The notes under the pieces were generated by a model. The model searched no databases. It saw only the letters and a list, made by a program, of their open reading frames with translations, and was not told the DNA's origin. Positions 40,334 to 51,000 of a stretch of 64,000 nt of DNA are shown here, in pieces. Positions within the stretch are counted from its first letter, which is position 1, and each line of letters starts with the position of its first letter. Position numbers and translations under genes: made by a program. The DNA is from Pseudomonadota bacterium (GTDB taxonomy: Bacteria > Desulfobacterota > Desulfobacteria > Desulfobacterales > RPRI01): contig JBDRRF010000103.1 in assembly GCA_043825875.1 (NCBI GenBank), positions 64,001 to 128,000 of the forward strand. The letters run 5' to 3'.

Positions 40334-40975
40334 ATGGGCTGGTTTATAAAAACCTTTACAAGTTCCATAGGTAAAAAATGGCTTATGGCTATAACAGGGC
40401 TTAGTTTTTGCGGATTTCTTACGTCACATCTATTAGGCAACCTGACTCTTTATGCAGGAAAAGATGCTTTTAATGCATATGCCGAGCATCTTCATTCTCT
40501 TGGGATACTATTATCTGTAAGTGAAAAAGGGCTTTTGTTTTTTGCGACAATTCACATTTTAACCGGCCTTGTTCTTTTTATTCAAAACATGAAATCAAGG
40601 CCTGTAAGATACTCCGTCAACAAGAATGCCGGGGGCCGCACAATAGGATCTGCTACTATGCCTTACACAGGCTTGATACTAATTGCCTTTATAATACTAC
40701 ATCTGATCAATTTTCATTTTATTGATAAAACCGGCACAACAATATTTGAAATAGTTAAGAATGCGTTTTTAAATCCGGTATATATAGCAGTTTATATATT
40801 TGCCATGATCGTGGTTGCAGTACATGTAAGTCACGGGTTCTGGAGTGCTTTTCAAACACTTGGAGCAAACCATCCCAAGTATATGCCTTTTATCAGAAAG
40901 GCGGGTATTGCCTTCAGTATATTAGTTGGACTTGGTTTCGGCTTCATACCGGTTTTTATTTCGCTTACAACATAA
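40334..40975 (+). CDS. sdhC: Succinate dehydrogenase/fumarate reductase cytochrome b subunit
   Basis: [31 protein letters not shown]. Confidence 0.92.
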   Translation: MGWFIKTFTSSIGKKWLMAITGLSFCGFLTSHLLGNLTLYAGKDAFNAYAEHLHSLGILLSVSEKGLLFFATIHILTGLVLFIQNMKSRPVRYSVNKNAGGRTIGSATMPYTGLILIAFIILHLINFHFIDKTGTTIFEIVKNAFLNPVYIAVYIFAMIVVAVHVSHGFWSAFQTLGANHPKYMPFIRKAGIAFSILVGLGFGFIPVFISLTT

Positions 40976-40988
40976 GGAAGGATATAAT

Positions 40989-42902
40989 ATGCAGCTTGAT
41001 GCAAAAACACCGGCAGGCCCACTTGCACAAAAATGGGACAAACACCGTTTTGAGCTAAAGCTTGTCAACCCTGCAAATAAAAGAAAATACAACATAATCG
41101 TTGTTGGAACCGGCCTTGCCGGAGGTTCGGCGTCAGCATCTCTTGCCGAACTTGGATATAATGTAAAGACATTCTGCATACAGGATAGTCCGAGACGCGC
41201 CCACAGTATTGCCGCTCAGGGCGGAATCAATGCTTCAAAAAACTATCAGAATGACAGTGACAGCGATTGGCGCCTTTTTTACGATACTATAAAAGGCGGC
41301 GATTTCAGGGCAAGAGAAGCAAATGTTTACAGACTTGCCCAGCTTAGCGGAAACATTATCGATCAATGTGTTGCTCAGGGAGTTCCGTTTGCGCGCGAAT
41401 ACGGAGGCCAGCTTGCAAACAGAAGTTTCGGCGGTGCTCAGGTTTCAAGAACTTTTTATGCAAGAGGCCAGACTGGTCAGCAGCTTCTTTTAGGAGCATA
41501 CAGCGCACTTTCAAGACAGATTGCGGCGAAAAAAGTAGAAATGTATGCCCGAAGGGAAATGCTGGATGTTGTCGTAATAGACGGTCACGCAAAAGGAATC
41601 GTTGTCCGCAATCTTGTTTCAGGTGAAATCGAAAAATATGCCGCAGATGCGGTTGTTCTTGCCACAGGCGGATATGGCAATGTGTTTTATCTTTCAACAA
41701 ATGCCATGGGCTCAAATGTTACTGCAACTTACAGAGCATATAAAAAAGGGGCTTTTTTCGCCAATCCTTGTTTTACACAGATTCACCCAACATGCATACC
41801 CGTTCACGGAACATATCAGTCAAAACTCACATTAATGAGTGAAAGCCTGAGAAATGATGGCCGGGTTTGGGTTCCCAAAAAACCTGGAGATAAAAGAAAG
41901 CCTTCCGAGATACCCGAAGCTGAACGTGATTATTATCTTGAAAACAAATATCCGAGTTTCGGAAACCTTGTTCCACGCGATGTTGCATCACGAAATGCCA
42001 AAGAACAGTGTGATAAGGGAAAAGGTGTCGGCGAAACAGGGCTTGCTGTTTATCTTGATTTTGCAGATGCAATCAAAAGAGACGGAAAAGACACTATAGC
42101 AAAAAAATACGGTAATCTTTTCCAGATGTACGATAAGATTACAGCCGATAATCCCTATGAAACACCCATGATGATTTATCCCGCCGTCCACTACGCTATG
42201 GGCGGCCTATGGGTTGATTACAATCTCATGAGTACCATCGACGGTCTTTTTGTTCTGGGTGAAGCCAATTTTTCCGACCATGGTGCAAACCGCCTTGGTG
42301 CAAGTGCTCTCATGCAGGGCCTTGCAGACGGATATTTCGTAATTCCATATACTATAGGTGGATATCTTGCTACCACACCTAAAAAAGAGATAAAAACCGA
42401 TCATCCGGCATTTAAGGAATCTGAAAAAAAGATTAATGATTTTACCAATAAACTCCTTTCCATAAAAGGAAAGCGGACGGCCGATGATTTTCACAGGCAG
42501 CTTGGAAATATTTTGTGGGAATATTGCGGTATGTCAAGAAATGACGCCGGACTTGAAAAAGCACGAAAGTTTATACAGGACTTAAGAGGAGAATTCTGGA
42601 AAAATGTTGTTGTGCCTGGCTCCGGCATGGAGTTTAACCAAAGCCTTGAAAAGGCCGGCCGTGTTGCGGATTTTCTTGAATTCGGTGAATTGTTGGTAAT
42701 AGATGCTCTTTCCCGCAAGGAATCCTGTGGTGGCCATTTTAATGAGGCTCATCAAACTGAAGAAAATGAGGCAATGCGTGATGATGAGAATTTCTGCCAT
42801 GTTTCGGCATGGGAGTATAAGGGAGATGGAAATGATCCCGTTCTTAATAAAGAACCTCTTACTTTTGAAAATGTCAAACTGACACAAAGGAGTTACAAGT
42901 GA
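40989..42902 (+). CDS. sdhA: Succinate dehydrogenase/fumarate reductase flavoprotein
   Basis: [48 protein letters not shown] 40989. Confidence 0.96.
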   Translation: MQLDAKTPAGPLAQKWDKHRFELKLVNPANKRKYNIIVVGTGLAGGSASASLAELGYNVKTFCIQDSPRRAHSIAAQGGINASKNYQNDSDSDWRLFYDTIKGGDFRAREANVYRLAQLSGNIIDQCVAQGVPFAREYGGQLANRSFGGAQVSRTFYARGQTGQQLLLGAYSALSRQIAAKKVEMYARREMLDVVVIDGHAKGIVVRNLVSGEIEKYAADAVVLATGGYGNVFYLSTNAMGSNVTATYRAYKKGAFFANPCFTQIHPTCIPVHGTYQSKLTLMSESLRNDGRVWVPKKPGDKRKPSEIPEAERDYYLENKYPSFGNLVPRDVASRNAKEQCDKGKGVGETGLAVYLDFADAIKRDGKDTIAKKYGNLFQMYDKITADNPYETPMMIYPAVHYAMGGLWVDYNLMSTIDGLFVLGEANFSDHGANRLGASALMQGLADGYFVIPYTIGGYLATTPKKEIKTDHPAFKESEKKINDFTNKLLSIKGKRTADDFHRQLGNILWEYCGMSRNDAGLEKARKFIQDLRGEFWKNVVVPGSGMEFNQSLEKAGRVADFLEFGELLVIDALSRKESCGGHFNEAHQTEENEAMRDDENFCHVSAWEYKGDGNDPVLNKEPLTFENVKLTQRSYK

Positions 42903-43663
42903 CAAAGACTCTTAATTTGACACTCAAGGTCTGGCGCCAGAAAGGACCGGACGCTGTCGGTAAACTTGAAACATATAATGCCAAAAACATTTCCACTGAC
43001 ATGTCATTTCTGGAAATGATTGATGTCATAAACGAACAGCTTACCCTTGAAGGCAAGGAACCTATAGCTTTTGATCATGACTGCCGTGAAGGAATTTGTG
43101 GTATGTGCGGCGCTGTTGTAAACGGTCGTCCGCATGGCCCTGAAAAAGAAACTACATTGTGCCAGCTTCATATGCGCCATTTTTCGGACGGCGATACTAT
43201 TTTTGTTGAACCCTGGCGTTCGAGAGCTTTTAAAATAATAAAAGACCTTGCTGTTGACCGGAGTGCGCTGGATAAAATAATCCAGGCCGGAGGTTATGTT
43301 TCTGTTAATACGGGCGGAGCTCCCGATGCCAATGCCATCCCTATATCACAGGAAATTTCCGAAAAAGCAATGGATGCCGCTGCATGCATAGGGTGCGGAG
43401 CATGTGTGGCAGCCTGTCCAAATGCTTCTGCAATGCTTTTTATAAGTGCTAAAATTTCACAACTGGCGCTTCTTCCCCAGGGAAAACCGGAAGCAGCAAA
43501 ACGTGCTATAGAAATGGTTCGAACAATGGATAATCTTGGATTTGGAAACTGCACTAATGAGAGAGAGTGCGAAGCCGAATGTCCGAAAGAAATATCTATT
43601 GTAAACATTGCCCGAATGAACAGGGAATTTTTTAAGGCATCGTTCTTTTCAGATGTAAAGTAG
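42899..43663 (+). CDS. sdhB: Succinate dehydrogenase/fumarate reductase Fe-S subunit
   Basis: [34 protein letters not shown]. Confidence 0.95.
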   Translation: MTKTLNLTLKVWRQKGPDAVGKLETYNAKNISTDMSFLEMIDVINEQLTLEGKEPIAFDHDCREGICGMCGAVVNGRPHGPEKETTLCQLHMRHFSDGDTIFVEPWRSRAFKIIKDLAVDRSALDKIIQAGGYVSVNTGGAPDANAIPISQEISEKAMDAAACIGCGACVAACPNASAMLFISAKISQLALLPQGKPEAAKRAIEMVRTMDNLGFGNCTNERECEAECPKEISIVNIARMNREFFKASFFSDVK

Positions 43664-43672
43664 TATCTGCTG

Positions 43673-44986
43673 ATGACTAACCATACCATTTATATATCAG
43701 ATTCCCGCAAAATGCCTGAAGTTTCGGATGAATCCGTTCATCTTGTTATTACTTCCCCGCCATACTGGCAGCTAAAAGATTATGATGATATCAGACAGAT
43801 TGGTTTTTATGATACATATGAAGAGTATATCAACAACCTTAATCTGGTATGGAAAGAATGCCATCGTGTCTTAAAAGAAGGTTGCCGGTTGTGCATTAAT
43901 ATCGGAGATCAGTTTGCAAGAGCTGCGTATTATGGCCGCTATAAAGTCATACCCATCAGAACGGAAATAATAAAATTCTGTGAATCTGCCGGTTTTGATT
44001 ATATGGGAGCTATTATCTGGCAAAAAGTTACGACCTGTAATACAACAGGCGGGGCTTCAATCATGGGGTCATTCCCTTACCCGCGAAATGGCATTTTAAA
44101 GATTGATTATGAATTTATTCTGCTTTTCAAAAAACCCGGTGATCCTCCTTTTGTTGAAAAAGAAAATAAAGAAAAAGCAAAATTATCCACACAAGAATGG
44201 AACGAATACTTTGCCGGGCACTGGATTTTTCCGGGAGAAAAACAGAATAAACACCTTGCGATGTTTCCGGAAGAACTTCCTAAACGCTTAATAAAGATGT
44301 TTTGTTTTGCACAAGAAACGGTTCTTGATCCGTTTTTAGGAAGCGGTACAACATCACTTGCTGCCAAAAACCTTGACAGGCATTCAATAGGCTATGAAAT
44401 AAATGAATTATATTTGCCTGTTATAAAAAAGAAATTGGGAGCTGAGCAAGTTGATATTTTCACTGATTTTTCTATTAAAGTCAAAAAACCCAAACGTGAT
44501 ATTTCAGACTACGGGGAAAAAATAAATCAATTGCCATATATATTTTGTGACAAGATTAAATTTGAAAAGAAAAGCGATCCGAGAAAAAAGACATATGGTT
44601 CAAAAATTGACGCAAAGAAAAAAGAAAAAATTAAGTATTTAAGATTAAGGCGTGTTGTTTCCCCAAATGTGATTGAGCTTAGCAATGATAACACAGTAAA
44701 GCTTATCGGTATAAAACCAAAAGCAGGGTCGGAGGCAAAAGCCATTAAGTGGCTTGAGGATAAATTGAAAGGACAAAGCTTTTATTTAAAATCCGATCAA
44801 ACCGAATATGATGAAAACAATTATCTTCTTTCCTATTTGTATCTTAAAAACAAAACATTTATCAATCTTCATCTTCTTCGCACAAACCTGGTGGAGATAG
44901 ACGAATCTGCCCCATTTAAATATCTTAAAAAGTTTAAAGCCGTTTCGGAAGAAATCAATAAAATTGATGCCACAGAAAAAACTTAA
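43673..44986 (+). CDS. Beta-class DNA amino-methyltransferase (probably N4-cytosine) fused to a C-terminal SNase-like domain
   Basis: ITSPPY, HLAMFP, VLDPFLGSGTT, GYEIN; C-terminal VKLIGIK...LLSYLYLKNKTFINLHLL. Confidence 0.85.
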   Translation: MTNHTIYISDSRKMPEVSDESVHLVITSPPYWQLKDYDDIRQIGFYDTYEEYINNLNLVWKECHRVLKEGCRLCINIGDQFARAAYYGRYKVIPIRTEIIKFCESAGFDYMGAIIWQKVTTCNTTGGASIMGSFPYPRNGILKIDYEFILLFKKPGDPPFVEKENKEKAKLSTQEWNEYFAGHWIFPGEKQNKHLAMFPEELPKRLIKMFCFAQETVLDPFLGSGTTSLAAKNLDRHSIGYEINELYLPVIKKKLGAEQVDIFTDFSIKVKKPKRDISDYGEKINQLPYIFCDKIKFEKKSDPRKKTYGSKIDAKKKEKIKYLRLRRVVSPNVIELSNDNTVKLIGIKPKAGSEAKAIKWLEDKLKGQSFYLKSDQTEYDENNYLLSYLYLKNKTFINLHLLRTNLVEIDESAPFKYLKKFKAVSEEINKIDATEKT

Positions 44987-46220
44987 AATCCTTCATCTGC
45001 TAAGCCAGCGTCCGGATTCAACAGGAAGCGGTTTCTATTTGCAGGCCATGCTGCGCGAATCATTTTTATGCAATCATCAAAATTTTTTGTTAGCAGGCAT
45101 ACAGTACGATCAGCCTGTCGATCTTGACTGTATTAAAGAAGACCGGTGTGAATATGTAAAATTTTCTGATGCGGATGTGTCTTGCCAAATACCAGGCATG
45201 AGCGATGTTATGCCTTATGAAAGCGCAAGGTTTTCCTGTCTTTCACCAAAAGAGATCAACCAGTATTTAAAATCGTTTACAGAAAAACTTAAAAAAACCG
45301 TAGCTTCTTTTAAACCGGATATCATACACAGCCATCATTTATGGATTGTCAGCTCTTTAGCCAGACAGCTTTTCCCGAACATTGCCATAGTTACTACCTG
45401 CCATGGAACAGATCTTCGCCAATTTAAGAACTGTCCTCACTTGCAGGAAATGGTTTTGGAGGGCTGCCACAAACTGGATGCTGTTATGGCTTTATACGAG
45501 GCACAAAAAAAAGATATTATCAATTTGTATAATATTGCCAAAGATAAAATTATTGTTGTCGGAGCCGGATACAATGAACAGCTTTTTACACCAGCATCTA
45601 AGCCTGATCCGAATCCCGTGCAACTGGTATACGCCGGAAAGCTAAGCAAGGCCAAAGGAGTACCCTGGCTTTTGAGGGCGCTATCTACCATAGATTTTCC
45701 TTTATGGCGCTTGCACCTTGTTGGAAGCGGAAGCGGTGAAGAACGCGATTATTGTCTTAAACTTGCAAAAGAACTAGGCGAACGGGTTGTTGTCCACGGC
45801 GCTGTTTCACAAAAAGATTTAGCAGATATTATGAAACAGTCTCATGTTTTTGTACTACCCTCTTTTTATGAAGGTCTGCCTCTGGTCTTACTGGAAGGCC
45901 TTGCCTGCGGCTGCAGGATAGTTGCAACCGATCTTCCGGGTGTAAGTGAACTATTAGGAAACATTAATGCCGATTTTATAAGCATGGTAAAAACCCCTCG
46001 TCTTAATATTGATATTCCGTATAAAGAAGATGAAAATTTATTTGAAAAAAATCTGGCAAATGCACTTAATACCCAAATTTTAGCCTCATCAAAAAATCCC
46101 GGAATAGACATCTCCGTTATTCGTGATAAAATAGCTTCTTATTCATGGGCAGGTGTGTTTAATAAGGTTCAGAATATATATTTTAATGTTTTAAAGAGTT
46201 ATAATAATTGTTCGAAGTGA
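44967..46220 (+). CDS. Glycosyltransferase family 4
   Basis: PDIIHSHH, HGTD, YAGKL...KG, PSFYEGLPLVLLE. Confidence 0.9.
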   Translation: MPQKKLKILHLLSQRPDSTGSGFYLQAMLRESFLCNHQNFLLAGIQYDQPVDLDCIKEDRCEYVKFSDADVSCQIPGMSDVMPYESARFSCLSPKEINQYLKSFTEKLKKTVASFKPDIIHSHHLWIVSSLARQLFPNIAIVTTCHGTDLRQFKNCPHLQEMVLEGCHKLDAVMALYEAQKKDIINLYNIAKDKIIVVGAGYNEQLFTPASKPDPNPVQLVYAGKLSKAKGVPWLLRALSTIDFPLWRLHLVGSGSGEERDYCLKLAKELGERVVVHGAVSQKDLADIMKQSHVFVLPSFYEGLPLVLLEGLACGCRIVATDLPGVSELLGNINADFISMVKTPRLNIDIPYKEDENLFEKNLANALNTQILASSKNPGIDISVIRDKIASYSWAGVFNKVQNIYFNVLKSYNNCSK

Positions 46221-46227
46221 ATAAAAT

Positions 46228-46563
46228 ATGAAAATAGATATAAGCGGAATTAAAGGGTTAGTATTTACATTGCCAGCATCTGGCGAGGAGTATGGAACGA
46301 TCCGAGAATATGATCTCGATTTCTACCCAGATGGATTTCCTGTCGATACTTGGATGCCTTTTGCGGACGATGATTGTGGAAATATATTTGCAGTCTCAGC
46401 TGACGGGAAAATAGCATGGTGGGATCACGAAACTGACGAAATAACTGTGTTGTCAGATTCGTTCGAGGAGTTTTGCATGAACTGCGGTTCGGGAGAGGAC
46501 GTGGAGGACGGCCAAGTTATTTCTACTTGGGTAAATCCAGACTTCAAGCCAGAGTTTGATTAA
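46228..46563 (+). CDS. SMI1/KNR4-like immunity protein (cassette gene)
   Basis: PFADDDCGNIF...I.WWDHET...LSDSFEEF. Confidence 0.75.
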   Translation: MKIDISGIKGLVFTLPASGEEYGTIREYDLDFYPDGFPVDTWMPFADDDCGNIFAVSADGKIAWWDHETDEITVLSDSFEEFCMNCGSGEDVEDGQVISTWVNPDFKPEFD

Positions 46564-46574
46564 TCAATGAGCAT

Positions 46575-46677
46575 TTCGAACAAACCAGTGGAGCAGACGG
46601 CGTGAAGATAGCGGTTTTCGCAAAGGCCGTGCAAAGTTGATATTTGTTTAGCCCGCTGCTCACCGGGGGCGATATGC
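46575..46677 (+). other. Degenerate attC site
   Basis: R'' TTCGAAC, L boxes GGAGCAG / CTGCTCAC, R' GATATGC (GTT mutated to GAT). Confidence 0.65.
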
Positions 46678-46711
46678 ATCCACTTTGCATACCTTAATTG
46701 AATATAGTTGA

Positions 46712-47089
46712 ATGGCGGGTATGAAAGAAGATTTCCAGCTAAATAGTGGGAAAACGTGCCAACTCATAAGAATTAGAAATGATATAATTCCAAATTATTA
46801 TATACTGGCTTTTCCTCGTGTTCAAGGGGAACCAAGTTCAGAAGAAGTCACCGAGATGCTTGTTATTGGAACAGAAAAAGCCCAGCAGTTAGCGTTTGAT
46901 TATATTCAAGACCGTGAGGCATTTACTTTGCTCTATAGCGGCTACAGTGCACGTAGAGAAAAAGGTTGGCACATTCATATTGTTCTGCTTGGTAACAGAT
47001 GGCGTAAAGCTTGGTTGTACTTTGTACTTGCGGGCAAGAATCTCCTTCAGGCATTGAATATACGTAAAGATGATGCGCCAAGGATTTGA
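46712..47089 (+). CDS. Hypothetical protein with HIT-like HIH motif (cassette gene)
   Basis: GWHIHIV; lies directly after attC. Confidence 0.6.
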   Translation: MAGMKEDFQLNSGKTCQLIRIRNDIIPNYYILAFPRVQGEPSSEEVTEMLVIGTEKAQQLAFDYIQDREAFTLLYSGYSARREKGWHIHIVLLGNRWRKAWLYFVLAGKNLLQALNIRKDDAPRI

Positions 47090-47091
47090 AT

Positions 47092-47700
47092 ATGAATCAA
47101 TCACGATGGCTCGGTCTAATGGAGTTGCTTGGAGTAGCTCCATCATTAGAAACATATAATAAACTTAAATTGGCTTATTCAGAGCCACATCGTCATTATC
47201 ATACCATAATGCATATAAACGATTGCTTGACGAAACTTGATTCAGTCATCAAACTCGTTGAAAATGCTGTTGAAGTTGAAGCTGCTATTTGGTTTCACGA
47301 TGCGATTTACAAACCCTATGCATCTGATAATGAGCTGAAAAGCGCCAATTGGGCTAAAAGCTTTTTTGAATCTATGGGCGTAAATAAAACCATGGCTGAT
47401 AAAATTTATGGGCACATTATGGCTACATTACACAATGAACCGTCTGATAGCAGTGATTCACGACTGATAGCAGATATCGACCTTTCAATACTCGGCTCAG
47501 AACCTGATGATTATCAAGTTTACGAAAAGGCCGTAAGGAAAGAATATAAGTGGGTACCGTATTTCATCTATCGAAAGAAACGTCGGTCGGTGCTATCGTC
47601 GTTTTTGGAAAGAGATTTTATCTATTCAAATAACTATTTTCAAATCGAATACGAAGAAAAAGCAAGGGAAAATATGGCAATTGCAATTGCAAAATTATGA
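47092..47700 (+). CDS. HD-superfamily metal-dependent phosphohydrolase (COG4339-like)
   Basis: YSEPHRHYHT..H, AIWFHDAIY, NE..SA, DIDLSILG, VRKEY. Confidence 0.88.
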   Translation: MNQSRWLGLMELLGVAPSLETYNKLKLAYSEPHRHYHTIMHINDCLTKLDSVIKLVENAVEVEAAIWFHDAIYKPYASDNELKSANWAKSFFESMGVNKTMADKIYGHIMATLHNEPSDSSDSRLIADIDLSILGSEPDDYQVYEKAVRKEYKWVPYFIYRKKRRSVLSSFLERDFIYSNNYFQIEYEEKARENMAIAIAKL

Positions 47701-47763
47701 AACCATATAACAGACTTCTTGTGAGTCAATCAAATATAATATTTCATAACAAAAGGAGAAAAC

Positions 47764-48360
47764 ATGGATTCTATCAAACATACCGATATAGCAATATCTG
47801 ATATTTCACCCAAGACAACAGCTTTATTGATAATAGATATGCAAAATGATGTTATGAATATTGTTCCTCCCGGCATGCAGGTCATACCAATTATAAAGCG
47901 GGTTCTTGATACCTGTAGAAGTAAAAGCATTCCGGTAATTCATAAAATAAGAATTCAGCGTTCTGACGGGATTGATGTTGAAAAGTTCAGAGTAGAAATG
48001 TTTAAGCAAAAACCCTATCTTGTTGACGGAACACCAGGCGCTGAAATAGTCTCTGAATTAAAACCTGCCACAGGCGAATTTCAGGTAAAAGGTGCGCGCT
48101 TCAGCGGATTTTTTCAAACCGACATGCAGTTGGTTTTGACAAGACTTGGAGTAAAAAAACTTGTTATTTGCGGAGTACAGACACCAAACTGTATTCGTTC
48201 AACAGTGACTGACGCCATTGGTTATGATTATGATGTTATTTTGTTAAAAGACGCTACTGCCGCACAAACCGAGCAAGTACACGAAGCAAATCTGTTTGAC
48301 ATGAACAATATGGGTATTACTATAATATCAACTGATGAGTTTTTGAGTTTGATCGCATAA
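47764..48360 (+). CDS. Cysteine hydrolase (isochorismatase family)
   Basis: ALLIIDMQND, RFSGF, GVQTPNCIRST..DA. Confidence 0.9.
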   Translation: MDSIKHTDIAISDISPKTTALLIIDMQNDVMNIVPPGMQVIPIIKRVLDTCRSKSIPVIHKIRIQRSDGIDVEKFRVEMFKQKPYLVDGTPGAEIVSELKPATGEFQVKGARFSGFFQTDMQLVLTRLGVKKLVICGVQTPNCIRSTVTDAIGYDYDVILLKDATAAQTEQVHEANLFDMNNMGITIISTDEFLSLIA

Positions 48361-48381
48361 TCCGAATTAAAGGAGTAAATA

Positions 48382-48636
48382 ATGTTAAAAGTATATGCAG
48401 CAAATTGGTGCCCTCATTGCAAAAAAACAGTTAAATTTCTTGAAGACAACAATATAAAGTTTGACTATATTGAATTAGAGGAACAACCGCAAGAAACCAT
48501 TCAACTCATTATCGATGCAAATGGCGGAGATGACTGGGTTGTGCCAACCCTTGAATTTAAAGGATGCTGGCGTCCCGGCAAAGTATATGTGGAAAATATG
48601 CTTAGAAATGATCTTAAGGATATGGGTGTAATATAA
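48382..48636 (+). CDS. Glutaredoxin-like (NrdH/mycoredoxin-like) protein
   Basis: WCPHC, VPTL. Confidence 0.88.
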   Translation: MLKVYAANWCPHCKKTVKFLEDNNIKFDYIELEEQPQETIQLIIDANGGDDWVVPTLEFKGCWRPGKVYVENMLRNDLKDMGVI

Positions 48637-48658
48637 AATTTTAATAGAATGGCAAGTA

Positions 48659-49891
48659 TTAGTGTTTTCTGATTGACCGGATACGTTGTAATAATGTCGG
48701 ATGTGAGTAGTGGAAGAATACATACACCGGATGCGGAGTCAGGTTTGACAGGTTATTGCGGCTGAGTTTTTTTAGCGATTCTATAAGCTCTTCGCCCAGA
48801 TTAAAACTTTTCGCATAATTATCTGCTTCATATTCGTTTCTTCTTGAAAATGCATTCATAAGCAAACCGATGACAGCTGAAATAGGGCTATACAGTAAAC
48901 CAAATCCTATAAGCCCCATGTGAAAACTTACTTTTGGAGAACCCAATGCCTGTGACAGTGCCGGGCTGCCTATAAAAAGCGATAGAATAAAAAGCGTAAG
49001 ACCTGTCTGGATGACAGAAATAACCATGGCGATCAATGTATGTTTCTTTTTGTAATGGCCGATTTCATGAGCAAGTACTGCAACTATTTCTTCAGTAGTC
49101 AAATCATTGATCAAAGTATCAAACAATACTATTCTTTTTTTTGCCCCAAGTCCGCTAAAATATGCATTTGCTTTAGATGATCGCTTGGAGCCGTCAATTA
49201 CAAAAACATTATCAAGTTTAAAACCTGCTTTTTTCGCAAATTCTTCAATAGCGTTTTTTAATTCACCATCTTGAAGAGGTGTCTGTTTATTAAATAATGG
49301 CACGATAAGTGTTGAATAAAACATAGCCATAAAAATCATAAAAGCGCTTGAGACAATCCATGCGTAAATCCAGAAATTTTTTCCGGCCGCCTGATAAAAT
49401 ACTACAAACAGGGCAAGAAGTCCTCCCCCTATGATTGCCGAAAGTAGCCAGCCTTTAAGCTTATCTAAAATAAATATTTTAGGAGTGGTTTTATTAAACC
49501 CGAATTTTTCTTCGATAACAAAGGTATCATATACTGCAAAAGGTGTGTTGATAATATCAGAGCAAAACATGAGTATTGCAAAAAAAACCAAAGTAATTGC
49601 AACAGAACTTTGAACAAGGCTTTGCGACACTGAATCAACAAAGGCAAAACCGCCCAAAAATAACATCAGAAGTATCAAGACCAGATTGAAGCTGCTTGTA
49701 AGAATAGAAAATTTGTCATTTACTTTTTTATATTCCTGAGATTTTTTATATTTTTCCGAATCATAAACATCACGAACCTCTTCAGGAAGTTTATCTGACC
49801 ATGTTTTTGAATTCAGATAATCAATTGTTCTTTCCAGAACAAAATCAAACAGGATAAGTGCGATAAAAATATAAAAAACAGTATTGTGCAT
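48659..49891 (-). CDS. M48 (Ste24-like) membrane zinc protease
   Basis: DGSKRS.KANAYF.G, HEIGH, SRRNEYEAD, YSHP; start ATG 49891 (the upstream extension overlaps the rubredoxin). Confidence 0.92.
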   Translation of the reverse strand: MHNTVFYIFIALILFDFVLERTIDYLNSKTWSDKLPEEVRDVYDSEKYKKSQEYKKVNDKFSILTSSFNLVLILLMLFLGGFAFVDSVSQSLVQSSVAITLVFFAILMFCSDIINTPFAVYDTFVIEEKFGFNKTTPKIFILDKLKGWLLSAIIGGGLLALFVVFYQAAGKNFWIYAWIVSSAFMIFMAMFYSTLIVPLFNKQTPLQDGELKNAIEEFAKKAGFKLDNVFVIDGSKRSSKANAYFSGLGAKKRIVLFDTLINDLTTEEIVAVLAHEIGHYKKKHTLIAMVISVIQTGLTLFILSLFIGSPALSQALGSPKVSFHMGLIGFGLLYSPISAVIGLLMNAFSRRNEYEADNYAKSFNLGEELIESLKKLSRNNLSNLTPHPVYVFFHYSHPTLLQRIRSIRKH

Positions 49892-50070
49892 TAGCCATCC
49901 ACTTCTTCGAAAAATTCTTTTTCTGCACCGCATTTGGGACAACACCAATCATCGGGCAAGTCTTCAAAGGGTGTTCCTGGTGGGATATTGCGCTCGTAGT
50001 CTCCGGCTTCAGGATCGTAAATATATTTGGCACAAGGGCTTTGATACCGGGTCATTTTCTCGGTTGCCAT
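49891..50070 (-). CDS. Rubredoxin with atypical first Cys knuckle (59 aa, below the ORF-track cutoff)
   Basis: [68 protein letters not shown]. Confidence 0.88.
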   Translation of the reverse strand: MATEKMTRYQSPCAKYIYDPEAGDYERNIPPGTPFEDLPDDWCCPKCGAEKEFFEEVDG

Positions 50071-50093
50071 AACTATCTCCTTTAATGTTTATT

Positions 50094-50966
50094 CTAAGAA
50101 AGCCGTTTCAGTGTTTTGTCATATTCGGGAAACCCAACTATGGACTGGAGTTCTGTAAACTCCAGTATCTCCTCCGGGATCGTACCTTTTTTAAGACAAT
50201 CAAGAGCCTTTTTCATAGCATAAGTTGCAGCAGAAAGCAGCGTTAAGGGATAAGCTGCAATGCGGTAGCCCATTGATGCAAGTTCTTTCGGCGGCAAAAC
50301 CGGAGAAACTCCGTGTTCAACTATATTTGCCATCTGACAGCCACCCAGTTTAGCGATTATTTTCATTTCTTTTTTATTACGGGGAGCTTCAACAAAGATG
50401 ATATCTGCACCCAGATTTATAAAAGTTTCGGCACGGAAAAGAGCTTCGTCGAGTCCTAAAGTAGCCAGGGCATCTGTTCGCGCCATAAGAATAATATCTT
50501 CGTTGTTCTGTCTTGCTTCATTTCTGGCCTCTATGGCGGCTTTGATCCTTTTAAATGCCGTATCGCGATCAACCACATCTTTTCCCTTGGTGTGGCCGCA
50601 TCGTTTGGGACTGACCTGATCTTCAATCATGATTCCCGCAGCACCGGCACGGATATATCCGTGTACTGTTCGTTTGATATTAACAGGATTGCCATATCCT
50701 GTATCTCCATCGCAGATAACAGGAATATCTGTGGCATTGCAGACATTTTGTGCCTGATCCGCCATTTCTCCGTAGGAAATCAAACCGGTATCGGGCAATC
50801 CCAGCCGAGCCGCGGAAACACCGAATCCGCTCATGAAAGTAATTTCAAATCCGCTTTGGCCTATCAGCTTTGCACTCAAGCCATCATAGCAGCACGGCAT
50901 AACAATAAATTTGTCAGAGTTTAAAATCTCTCTTAGTTGCTTAACCGCTTGCGCCTGCCTTGACAT
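50094..50966 (-). CDS. Isocitrate lyase/PEP mutase family enzyme
   Basis: GLPDTG, DGDTGYG, IEDQ..PKRCGH, ARTDA. Confidence 0.9.
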   Translation of the reverse strand: MSRQAQAVKQLREILNSDKFIVMPCCYDGLSAKLIGQSGFEITFMSGFGVSAARLGLPDTGLISYGEMADQAQNVCNATDIPVICDGDTGYGNPVNIKRTVHGYIRAGAAGIMIEDQVSPKRCGHTKGKDVVDRDTAFKRIKAAIEARNEARQNNEDIILMARTDALATLGLDEALFRAETFINLGADIIFVEAPRNKKEMKIIAKLGGCQMANIVEHGVSPVLPPKELASMGYRIAAYPLTLLSAATYAMKKALDCLKKGTIPEEILEFTELQSIVGFPEYDKTLKRLS

Positions 50967-51000
50967 GAGCTGCTCAAATCTCCCTCATTATTTTTTTAAG

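Larger units (their letters stand above)
46210..47711 (+). mobile_element. Integron cassette remnant array 1 (no integrase)
   Basis: GTTCGAA (46210) is the reverse complement of TTCGAAC (46575); attC at 46575-46677; residual R'' ATATAAC at 47705. Confidence 0.65.
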
